IMG/VR virus record: IMGVR_UViG_3300008262_003210
DNA from: a virus
Lineage: Duplodnaviria > Caudoviricetes
DNA length: 64,000 nt
Strand: one strand, 5' to 3'
Positions 43,823 through 53,700 of the stretch are shown here, piece by piece. The notes beneath the pieces are model-generated. The model made no database searches and was not told the DNA's origin. It worked only from the letters and a program-made list of their open reading frames with translations. Each line of letters opens with the position of its first letter. Within the stretch, counting starts at the first letter, position 1. The translations under genes were made by a program, and so were the position numbers.

Positions 43823-45990
43823 TATATTTCACCAGTAAAAATAATATAATTGATCGTTGCATATGGATTCATAGCATTAAAAGGTTGACCAATTGTTGGG
43901 CTAATAACATTTCCACTGTTTCTTAATCCTGAACCCGAACCTGAAGCATTGCCTAGTCCTGGATCTGCTGCTGGATCTGCGCCTGCGCCTGGAAGTCCAG
44001 CTGCATAATATTGAGCAAATCCGCTATTAAGATTGTGTTTATGATCAGGAAGATTACTAACAGACAACGTTCTAAATTCGCCTGCTGTGGTTCCAGCTCC
44101 TAATGTATCTGCAACAATGTCTGTTACACGATTGGCATTGCCGCCGCCTGCCGGAATATCAACAGTTGGATCGTCCTTTGCTGGAACTTTTCTTGGTTGA
44201 CCCGACAACGGATCAAGATTTTGCATATTATCTCTACCAAGCGGAAATCTTCCTCGAAGATCTGGAAGTGCAAACGTTGCTTTTCCTATTAACAAGCTAG
44301 GAGACTTATATGTATACCCAATAACAGCATATAAATTTGAATAGTCACCAATTAAAACTTCGCAACCATCGCAAAGTAAATATCCTGTAGGAGGTACTGA
44401 ACCTGCAAATGGAAAAATTGCGCCAACTGGAACAATAGGAATATTTTGAATAAATGTTTGTTTAGATACTTTTCTTAATCCTATTCCCGATCTATAAACT
44501 AATAGCTCGTCACTTAAAAAACTATCTAATGTTTCTGTCTTAGTAGCAATTACGTCTTGTGTAATTGTTGTAAAAAATCTTTGATATCCCGAAGGAGTTG
44601 TGCCTCCTTGAGGTAACTGTCCGTCAAATACAACATCAGATGTTGTTTCAATATCTCCTCGTATTTGAAAACGAGTTGGACTAGCCAATTTAACAGCACT
44701 ACCACTAATGTTTCCTGATAAACTACCTGTAAAAGCACCGTTAAAGTTACCAACAAACGACTGAGCGTAAATATTTCTAAATCTTCTCGTGCTTGTTCCT
44801 AAATCGTATAAATCAGTTGCATCATCGCTTGATGGTTGAATAACCACTCCAGCTGTTGGATCACCGTTTAAGTCTAAATTGTTAAAATGAATACCGCCAT
44901 TAATACTAACATCGCCACCAAATTGACTTTGTTTGTTAACACTTAATCCACCATTAGTTGAAATACTGCCAACACCTAAAACTGTTGCGTCAGTAGTTCC
45001 CAATACAATTAAATTTCCGTCTGAAGTTATATTACCTGCTACATCTAGTGCTTCTACTGGGTTAGTATTATCAGGTCCAATACCAACATATCCGTTAGCA
45101 TCAATATGAACTGCTGTTACATTGGTACCATTGTTGTTTAATTTAAATTCTATATAATTGCCGCTTGTTTTTGATATAAACAAAGTAGAATTAACATCTG
45201 TTGCAATATTAAAACTCTTATTACTTCCAATACTAATACCACCATTGTTAGCAATGTTTAATGGAGAATTAGTTGTTTGTTCAATATCTTTTCTAACAAA
45301 ATTTTCAGCATTAACAGTATTACCTAGCACGACTAAAGCATCTGCTTGACTAGCTGTCCCCCAAAATTTTGTTGGAGCAGTTGTACTAGTTGAATCAACA
45401 GTTGATAAATTTATACCTTGGCCAACACTAGGAAACCCTGCAATAGAAGTCTTAGGCGTAAATGATGCCTTGCTAATCATTGCTATTCGATTATTTTCTG
45501 AATATATTGTAACAACACTATGGTCAACGTTGCTGGTGTCTGTAATTGTTTCAATATCAGGGCCAGTCTTTAAACCTGAACTAAACTGAGGACCAACTAA
45601 CAGCCAATTTGAACCTGAGTACACGTAAACTTGTTGGTTTTCTGTGTCAACCCACAGGTCTCCTTTACTACTGTTAACAACTGCGGGCTCTGATGCAGAT
45701 TTTTTTACTGTGCCTGCAGGAGTCCAGCCTGTGCCGTCGTATACTTTAAGAACATTTTCTCCAGCACTATTGTCATACCATAGTTGACCCTGAATAGGAT
45801 TTGGTGGAGCAGTATTTTTAGCAAAGTTTTCTAATAAATGTAAAAAATTTTCTGCTAGAATAGGAGCATACGCACTATAGTTTTTACCTGGAAACTGTAA
45901 ACTTGTTTCTTGATTAATACTTTGATCTGCTACTGTGATACTTGGTTTAGCAGGATTTGTAGTTTCAGTAAATTTAATTTGATATGGCAT
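43822..45990 (-). CDS. tail fibre with a tail-collar domain
   Basis: Shared N-terminal module; collar motif VPVGAIFPFAG..GYLLCDG..FALPDLRGRFPLG. Confidence 0.8.
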   Translation of the reverse strand: MPYQIKFTETTNPAKPSITVADQSINQETSLQFPGKNYSAYAPILAENFLHLLENFAKNTAPPNPIQGQLWYDNSAGENVLKVYDGTGWTPAGTVKKSASEPAVVNSSKGDLWVDTENQQVYVYSGSNWLLVGPQFSSGLKTGPDIETITDTSNVDHSVVTIYSENNRIAMISKASFTPKTSIAGFPSVGQGINLSTVDSTSTTAPTKFWGTASQADALVVLGNTVNAENFVRKDIEQTTNSPLNIANNGGISIGSNKSFNIATDVNSTLFISKTSGNYIEFKLNNNGTNVTAVHIDANGYVGIGPDNTNPVEALDVAGNITSDGNLIVLGTTDATVLGVGSISTNGGLSVNKQSQFGGDVSINGGIHFNNLDLNGDPTAGVVIQPSSDDATDLYDLGTSTRRFRNIYAQSFVGNFNGAFTGSLSGNISGSAVKLASPTRFQIRGDIETTSDVVFDGQLPQGGTTPSGYQRFFTTITQDVIATKTETLDSFLSDELLVYRSGIGLRKVSKQTFIQNIPIVPVGAIFPFAGSVPPTGYLLCDGCEVLIGDYSNLYAVIGYTYKSPSLLIGKATFALPDLRGRFPLGRDNMQNLDPLSGQPRKVPAKDDPTVDIPAGGGNANRVTDIVADTLGAGTTAGEFRTLSVSNLPDHKHNLNSGFAQYYAAGLPGAGADPAADPGLGNASGSGSGLRNSGNVISPTIGQPFNAMNPYATINYIIFTGEI

Positions 45991-45993
45991 CTG

Positions 45994-46602
45994 TTATACT
46001 CCAGCTAGACCAGTTAAACTTTGAATACGTACAGTATAGTCAATTTGAATTAATCTGTTTAAAGATTTCTGCACAGGATGAAAAATCACATGTGTCAATA
46101 GTAAACTATTACCTGTTGAACTATAAGATTTAAGTCCTAATTCATCAAATACATACAATCCGCTATTGTTATTTGAATTATCAAATGCTTGTTGTCCACT
46201 AGGTTCGCCGTAATCTAATAGGCAAGTTACAAAAACATCAGTATAATTAGTGCCTGTTACATGTCGTGTTTCAATAAAATTACGTGTTGGGTCAACGTTG
46301 TTACTACTTCTGTCATCAACTACTTTAGTGTATGTTTCGTTATAGAGACTAGCATTAGATCCTGTTGAATTCGGAGTTAAGTACGTAACAATGCCCGTTG
46401 GATCAACAGCAGTTCCGCCGTTACCAAAAGCCATTTCATAGACAAAGCCCTGACCACTGTTGGCTAAACTTTGTGCTAGGGCTATACTGATGTTTTCATA
46501 ATGAATGGCATTACGTTTATTGATAAACACTTCACCCGATTCTGGGTTGTAAATTTTTATATGTCCCTCAATATGAACGCCTGTAACGTCTTTACTCTGC
46601 AT
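45994..46602 (-). CDS. putative baseplate/tail structural protein
   Basis: 202-aa ORF with a late core TAAATA at 46623-46628; FDELGL..LLTHVIFHPVQK pattern. Confidence 0.6.
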   Translation of the reverse strand: MQSKDVTGVHIEGHIKIYNPESGEVFINKRNAIHYENISIALAQSLANSGQGFVYEMAFGNGGTAVDPTGIVTYLTPNSTGSNASLYNETYTKVVDDRSSNNVDPTRNFIETRHVTGTNYTDVFVTCLLDYGEPSGQQAFDNSNNNSGLYVFDELGLKSYSSTGNSLLLTHVIFHPVQKSLNRLIQIDYTVRIQSLTGLAGV

Positions 46603-46654
46603 AGTAATCTCTCTTTATTCTATATTTAGCTGAATTCATTATGTGCTAGTTTAA

Positions 46655-49600
46655 TTAATCCCATGATCCACCTTGTTGCTGCCAAGCACCATCTGTGAAT
46701 ATCAGTGTGCAGAATGCACGACTATTATAATAGCTAGAGTCAGCATCATTGAATATTCTAAATGGAAATAATTGTCCGGTGGTTCCTTGAGAGCCATCTA
46801 TTCTATAGTTGGCTACAATAACATCTATAGAACTAGGATCTATTCCAGTTTGCGGAACTAGATGCATGATCTGACCTTCTATACCGTCGGCTAATGAGTA
46901 CGGGCCGTCTGCTAGTTTGTTCACAGATTTTGTTAAATTTAATGGTACTCGAACTAATTCTGAAACATCAATGTTGGAAGTATTTCCAGGTGTGCCGCCT
47001 AAGTCCCCAGCATCCAGTGTACCAATAACTTGATTAATAGTAAACGTTGCGTTATTGAGAACGCTAGTAATAGTATATATCGGCGATCCACCTACTACTT
47101 GAACAGTAAACACAATGTCACTTCTTGTAAACGGCCCGTAGTTGCCATCAACTAGTGGTGCTGGATATGTGGAATCTCCTAGATAAAGTGGTGCTCTTGC
47201 GGCACTAACTGTGTTAGTCACTGTGCTGTTAACTACAGCACCTGGTATAGTTAGTTTACCAGTTGTACTAAACTCCCATACATTATCATTGGTGCCTATA
47301 GAAATAGCACCACCTAATCCTAGTTTTAGATATTTGCCGTCATTACCAAAATACTGATCGTATACTGCGGTGTCGCCAACGCTGAGATGTAAGTGAGTTG
47401 GATTATCCCCTCCATGTATTCTAAAGTACATGTCTTGGTCAAGATCGGGGCCTGGTGCCAGATTTAATCCTTGAAAACCGTCGTTTGAACCTGTACCTCT
47501 CAAGGTGTTGCCCACCACAGTCAAGTCACCAATTGGTATACTGAGACCGTATCTAGTTGTCACTAAAAAGTTGGTACTTTCATGTGCAAATGTTGGAATA
47601 TCTGTGGTTATGTTTGAAGAATTATCGCTGTCAGTTTTACCACCAGCAGTTACTGTGATGTCCGATGCAGTATTGTTTAATATACCGCTGAAACTAGCAC
47701 CTTTAAAGTCCCAATCGCCTGTGGCAAATAATGTTCCACTGCTACTAACCTGTGCAATAAAGGCCTGCAACGAGAGTGAACCCGGGTCGCCAAATGCGCC
47801 AGATACAGCTACATAGCCATCTTTGACAGCAATATTACTGCCGCCGCCTTGCTGAAACCAGTTACTGCCAAATGACCAAGTTGCAGTATTATCTAATAAA
47901 CGTTGCCATAGTACTTGACCTGAAGTGCTGTACTTGGCTATAACGAATGTATAATCATCAGTAGCATCTGTACCGGTTATGCCTGATAGATATAAGCAGT
48001 TATCTGGGCCTACAACCACGCTGGAAGCAAAATCTTCACAGTCACCTACTACTCTACGACTCCATACCTTAGTGCCATCGTCTTCGAGTTTTATCAGACT
48101 CATTGCGGTATTCCACGGGCCTTCACCATCAGGTCTAGTGTAAGTACCACAGACATAGATATTGCCCGCTGAGTCTATGTCAGCATCTGCTCCTGCACAG
48201 TTAACTCCTTCGTCAAACTCAATGGCCTTTTGCCACGCAATGGTTCCAGTGCTGTCATATTTGACTACCAACATCTTATCAGCAGTATCGTTTCCAGTTA
48301 CAGAACCAACTTTGAGAATCATGTCATCAACGCCTGTAACGCCACCAAACGATACTCCATTGATAGTGCCAATTATACCATCTACTGTTCTATTTCCTAC
48401 ATAGTCTACTATGTTGGTAAATGTTGGAACGCCGTCTACAAAACTAACTGTACAACTAAACTCGCCGCTAATAAAAATTCCTGTGCCTGTTGTCCAGTTA
48501 GGATTGCTCACGGGATCTGTATATAAAGTTGCAGCAGCATCTAGAACCCCTACGTTGTCCATGTAGCCAATAACAACCACTTCGCCTGATGGGCCTATAG
48601 CCATGCCATAAGCGTATTCACCGTTTTGTCCGTCTAATTTTCTACTCCAGATCACCTCACCGGTGTCTTTGTCAACTTTAGTAGTAGTAACGTATGCTTC
48701 GCCATCAAAATAAGCATAGCCTACCATGACAGGGTGGCCGTCACTAGCTACATCTACTACCGCACCAAAACTCTGCGCATTAAAATCATAAGTTTTCAAC
48801 CATATAAAATTGCCGTTGATAGTGTTTAATTTTATTAGCATACTACGGTCGTAACTTGCTTCCGTATCTGATCGGCCGGCTATATATACTGCTTGACTAT
48901 CTACAGCCAATCCCCAACCATCTGTATATAAATCAGCAGTAAGTCTTGCTGACCATAGTTTATTACCAGCAGTATCAAATTTAGCTACGCTGGTATATAT
49001 ACTTACAGGATCAGCATTAGTATCTTCGTGCCGAAAGAGTGCTACAATATTGCCGTCACTATCATATTCTACGCTGGTAGCATATTGTACATTATCACCC
49101 GCTGTATCTGAAACAAATGTTTCTACCCAAACGTTAGTGTCTAAAGAACTGCCTGTTGGGTCTGCGTAAGTGACTTCACCTGTTGTAGTATTATAATAAA
49201 GTGCTTTTGCGGTATTCTCTACTATTTCACGAACAGGTTTAATATACAAACCATCTGCTGTTGGATCAAGAGCAACGCCAGTTGCATTTAGGGTAATACT
49301 GTTGTCTTGAGCAAAATTGCGAGCGGCTCTAGCACCAATAGCAATGGCAAACTCACCTTGTGGATCTTCAAGGTCGTTCCAGCCTGCTTCATAACCAATA
49401 TAGACACCGCCTTGTTTACCGTCGTAACCAACGTCGTTGTTACCAATAGAAATAACTCCACTTCTAATAGGAGTACTAGTATTGCCTAAACTAATTCCAA
49501 CCCCAAGATCGCCAGGGCCTGTGCCCTGCTGATATGTTCTTAATTTAATATCATTGTTGATATCTAGCGAATATCGTATATCGCCTTCATTTGCTGGCGT

Positions 49601-49717
49601 GTAGTCAGTGTTGCCTGTTAATCCATTAACACTTATAGGATCACCATTTGAATCTACAATGTCGTCCCCTGCTTGTATGCTAATGCCGTCTTGGGTTTCA
49701 AATCTTTTAATTGTCAT
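46655..49717 (-). CDS. 1020-aa adhesin/receptor-binding-like protein with beta-propeller repeats
   Basis: Repeated V.K.D..G...W..., D..GNIYV.G and GP..CLYLSG blades; AIAIG/GYEAG fibre motifs at the N-terminus. Confidence 0.6.
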   Translation of the reverse strand: MTIKRFETQDGISIQAGDDIVDSNGDPISVNGLTGNTDYTPANEGDIRYSLDINNDIKLRTYQQGTGPGDLGVGISLGNTSTPIRSGVISIGNNDVGYDGKQGGVYIGYEAGWNDLEDPQGEFAIAIGARAARNFAQDNSITLNATGVALDPTADGLYIKPVREIVENTAKALYYNTTTGEVTYADPTGSSLDTNVWVETFVSDTAGDNVQYATSVEYDSDGNIVALFRHEDTNADPVSIYTSVAKFDTAGNKLWSARLTADLYTDGWGLAVDSQAVYIAGRSDTEASYDRSMLIKLNTINGNFIWLKTYDFNAQSFGAVVDVASDGHPVMVGYAYFDGEAYVTTTKVDKDTGEVIWSRKLDGQNGEYAYGMAIGPSGEVVVIGYMDNVGVLDAAATLYTDPVSNPNWTTGTGIFISGEFSCTVSFVDGVPTFTNIVDYVGNRTVDGIIGTINGVSFGGVTGVDDMILKVGSVTGNDTADKMLVVKYDSTGTIAWQKAIEFDEGVNCAGADADIDSAGNIYVCGTYTRPDGEGPWNTAMSLIKLEDDGTKVWSRRVVGDCEDFASSVVVGPDNCLYLSGITGTDATDDYTFVIAKYSTSGQVLWQRLLDNTATWSFGSNWFQQGGGSNIAVKDGYVAVSGAFGDPGSLSLQAFIAQVSSSGTLFATGDWDFKGASFSGILNNTASDITVTAGGKTDSDNSSNITTDIPTFAHESTNFLVTTRYGLSIPIGDLTVVGNTLRGTGSNDGFQGLNLAPGPDLDQDMYFRIHGGDNPTHLHLSVGDTAVYDQYFGNDGKYLKLGLGGAISIGTNDNVWEFSTTGKLTIPGAVVNSTVTNTVSAARAPLYLGDSTYPAPLVDGNYGPFTRSDIVFTVQVVGGSPIYTITSVLNNATFTINQVIGTLDAGDLGGTPGNTSNIDVSELVRVPLNLTKSVNKLADGPYSLADGIEGQIMHLVPQTGIDPSSIDVIVANYRIDGSQGTTGQLFPFRIFNDADSSYYNSRAFCTLIFTDGAWQQQGGSWD

Positions 49718-49730
49718 TTCGCTCTTCCTT

Positions 49731-50765
49731 TTAATCTGTTCCGTTTAATTCGGTTATTTGTGTTCTAACATTGAGTGTATCGATTGCACTGACTGGGCTT
49801 GCGGTAATCTCAAAGTTAAAAGTTAATGGGTTATATTGTCCATCGAATGTTGCTATTGGAGCAACTCCAGTATATGTAATACCATATACTGACACGTAAA
49901 TTTCATTTAATGCTTCGTCAATTGTTGCTATAATTTCACACGCTTGCGACTCGTATCCGTTAGTGAATTTTTCAACTAGTGCAAATATTTTAACTGCTCT
50001 AACATAATTTCCATTTGTAGAATAAATTACTGTATCTACACTAGGAGCAATCTGTTCAAAATTAGTTTGTTGATGTACACCGTTTCCTGGATAACTAATC
50101 CTGCCCGATGTATCAAGTATCAATGTTTGATCGCTGGCTGTTAATCTGTCTGCAATTCCAACTTCTTGAGTATCAGCACTTAATACACCATCAGTAATTG
50201 TTAGCCTCGATCCAACTTTAATACCGCCAAGAACAGTTGGCGACGCTGTTGGTAGTGCATATTCTGTTGCTGTAACGCTTACTATTCCCCCAGCATCAAT
50301 TTGAAGTCCGCTACCAATTTTAATACCACCAAGCGCACTACCAGTTGCTTTAGGTAGTGTGTATGCGCCAGGGTCTGCACTTAGAACACCGTCAGCATCA
50401 ATACTAAGGCGATCTCCTACTTTAATTCCACCAAGTATTGTTTGACTAGCTTTTGGCAACTGATAAACACCAACACTAGCCACGCCTTCTTCGTTTACTG
50501 TAATACCTGTACCAATCTTAATTCCGCCCAGATCATTTACAGTAGCAACTTTATTTGTTATTAGCACTTCGCCTGTGGCGGCGCTAATAGCTATTCCGTT
50601 TCCGGCCATTACTTTAGAAACAATACTTAACGGTGCTCCGGATTCTCCTCCAAGAGTGTTGTATAATTCTGTAAAGTTATCGTTGATTTTGCCACCGGCA
50701 ATTCTTAGCGAATCCCCCGAATTGTCATTTGCGGTTGTTCCTACATTGATTACTTTTTTTGCCAT
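49731..50765 (-). CDS. T4 gp9/gp10-like N-terminus plus four LP.A....LGGIK repeats (fibre/baseplate protein)
   Basis: INVGTTANDNSGDSLRIAGGKINDNFTELY; ~33-aa repeats at ~50150-50560. Confidence 0.7.
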   Translation of the reverse strand: MAKKVINVGTTANDNSGDSLRIAGGKINDNFTELYNTLGGESGAPLSIVSKVMAGNGIAISAATGEVLITNKVATVNDLGGIKIGTGITVNEEGVASVGVYQLPKASQTILGGIKVGDRLSIDADGVLSADPGAYTLPKATGSALGGIKIGSGLQIDAGGIVSVTATEYALPTASPTVLGGIKVGSRLTITDGVLSADTQEVGIADRLTASDQTLILDTSGRISYPGNGVHQQTNFEQIAPSVDTVIYSTNGNYVRAVKIFALVEKFTNGYESQACEIIATIDEALNEIYVSVYGITYTGVAPIATFDGQYNPLTFNFEITASPVSAIDTLNVRTQITELNGTD

Positions 50766-50768
50766 ATT

Positions 50769-53700
50769 TTATTCCTGATCGAATGTTATCGATTCGCTAT
50801 CAAATGTTCCATTATCACTGTCAAAACTGGATGGAATTCCGGCCTTGTTCTCATATTTACCAATATTTGCATACCAAATTCCAGGAACAGCTTTTAAGAA
50901 ACGTGCAATTTTACTGTCATCTTCTAGTATATTTGTAGTCGAATCCCATGCTGTGCCTGTTCGTTTAACAACAGTTACCCTAGTTCCAAATTCTAATTTA
51001 TGAGTTAACCATATATTGTTTGATACACCGTCAACTGCAAATTCAGCGTCTAGTTGTATATCACCCTCTGGGCTATACGGAGCTTCATTGATGTTATGTA
51101 CATGATATGGTTTCTTTTTCAGTCTGATATTTCCTACAAAGAATACCCAGTACTGTTTATCTGTAAAGAAATCTAAAGTACTTGTGTGTGCTTCTACACA
51201 GCGATATGTATAGCTTCCTACTTCTACAATATCATCTACAACATACTCTGCTCCAGAAACCCAAGGTACACTTGAATATCCTCCCACAAACACTTCTATA
51301 TCATTTGGCTGAATAAAATAAAGTTCTGGTATAGTTGATACAAAGTCTTCATCATACTCTCTAAGTTCTGGCAGTATAAGTCCGTATTGCGGATCCATTG
51401 GAGCAAAAGATAAAGGTACAATATTAGTGCCGTCAGATTTTACCTGCTCTATAATAGTAGATTCAGTGTACGGAATAGTTTCGCTTGGTCCAAGATCTTG
51501 AACATAACTGCCTGCTCTATGAACATAAGCAACGCCTGTTCCTAATGTACCTCTACGTAATTGCCCCAGTACATAGGTTGTAGTTAACCCTTCAGTTTTT
51601 TCCGTAAGAGTAAAGAACTCAATACGTTCACCTCTAATTTCAATTATTCCTGGTTTGTTATTTGGAATACTTGGTCTGTCAAAATTACTTGCATCTTCAA
51701 CTTCAATAGTGCTGTCAGTATATTTTAAATTTTTAACTAGTGTACTTCTTTTATTGGCATTTAATCGTTTATAGTGTACTCTGTTTAGCATATCTTTAAA
51801 TTGCATATAAGAAATGCCAGAAGTTAAAACTTTGCTGCCATATGTAATAATTGTAAAAATATCTGCTGGGTCTGGATAGAACGCTAGTTTAATACTCTTC
51901 TTATCTTCATTTAATCTGAAATCTGCACTTGGGGTTAATAATATACCGTTCTTAATTACCCAAACATAGTTTTCATCAATCACGTGTCTATCTAATTGAA
52001 TTACACCTCCAGAAACTGCCTTATAATTGTAAAACTCTGGAGTGTCTGAAATTAATTCTAAATTTGATGTCACGTTAACTTCTGTTCTTTGGATATCTAA
52101 AATATTGTGTCTATAAGAGCTTAACACCTCAATTAAATCAGTTGAATCATATGTTTGATTGAAAATAATCTGTGGAGGCTGAATTCCAGACGGTGGAACG
52201 TATTCGTAATCTTGAGTTTGTTTTACACTTATAATCAATTCTTGATTCAAATATGTTTTTCTAACATTCTGAGTTATTTTAATATTGATTCCACTTAAAT
52301 CTACAACATAATCTATTCCAGATACTAATAAATTTCCGCCTGCATAGACAAAAATATCATTTATTGATAATGTATAAGGAAGATATTTTGTTGAATCAAT
52401 TGAGTAATTAACCCTGTTGCCTGTGATTGCAAAATAGCTGTTATTTGGTCCTTGTAAAAACTTATTATTAACTCTAACTAACATGTTTGCTTCTGCTGGC
52501 AGACTATCACCAACTACATTTTGTAAGTTATAAGTTGTTGTTCCATTACCTGGAAAGCGTTCTGTTTTAGTAACTGAATAAGTTTGCTGAGGTCCTTTTA
52601 CTATGACAAAATTAATTAAATCTCCAACTTCAGGAGCAGATGCAAATATTAGCCCCATCCTGTTACTACTTTCATAACTTGAATCTGTTCTGAACAAAGA
52701 TGGAGTTCCTGGTATTGGCTCTGTTCCGTTAATGTAAACTAGATAGGTAACATCTTCATTTACCCAAGGTGCTTTGGTAATAAATTCTTTTGTTACACCG
52801 TCACCGATAAAATAATCAAGATCCAAAATATTTGAACCGTTAAATCCAAAGCTAAAGATCGAAACCATCTCACCAGCTGGAGGAGGAGTTAAGAATTTAA
52901 TTAATCTGTTCTGATAATCAACTGTGTAGTCAATGTTTAAATTTTTCACAGTTGAAGAAGAAGATAAAATTCCTGATATCTGATCTCTTACACCTGTTGT
53001 AAACTTTACAATAACTGCGGTTCTTGTATTTGGTTGTTGTGTAATTTCAAAATCAGTGGTAATTCCGTCAGCAATATAACTGTCAACTTTTATATTAGCA
53101 GATCCAGATTCTGGTCTATCGTATACTTTAATAGCAACAGTATCAACAATTTGTCCTGGAACAACTTCTTCTGTTGCAGGACTACTTGTTGGAGTAACAA
53201 AGCCGTCACCGTCAACAATAATGTCATCTGCGGCAATACCTGTTGCAGAACTGTATGCAAGATTTCCGCCGCTTAGTGCTGTGTCGTAATCTTGTTCTTG
53301 TGGCAATACTGATCCATCGCTACCAGCTTTGCGCCAAATAAACTGATCACCTTCAAATACAGGAAATGTTCCTGGAATAGTGAATGTTTTATATGTTGGA
53401 TCTAACTGATTGTCTGGCACTCCGTCAGAAATAATAGTTTGCATAATAGCAGTATTATTTGCCAACGGTGTCAACGTATTAATGTAGTCAACTTGATCAG
53501 CAATCTCATCAAGTTTTTCATTTTTGTCTATTTGATTTTGTGCTATATCCGCGTTTATGTCATTAAGATTAGTTTGTTCCGTTTGAATTGTCAACTGGAT
53601 AGCTGGTATTGTTGTACCAATTAAATTAGTAATGTCGCTAACTGTTGGTGCGTATAATGGATCTGCTGGAGTTAGGCCGTCTAACACAACATAAAGTGCA

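Noticed and set aside
49731-50765. Diversity-generating retroelement or CRISPR-like array suggested by the repeats
   Set aside because: The repeats are in-frame protein repeats diverged at synonymous sites. There is no reverse transcriptase, no adenine-specific TR/VR pair and no spacer structure.
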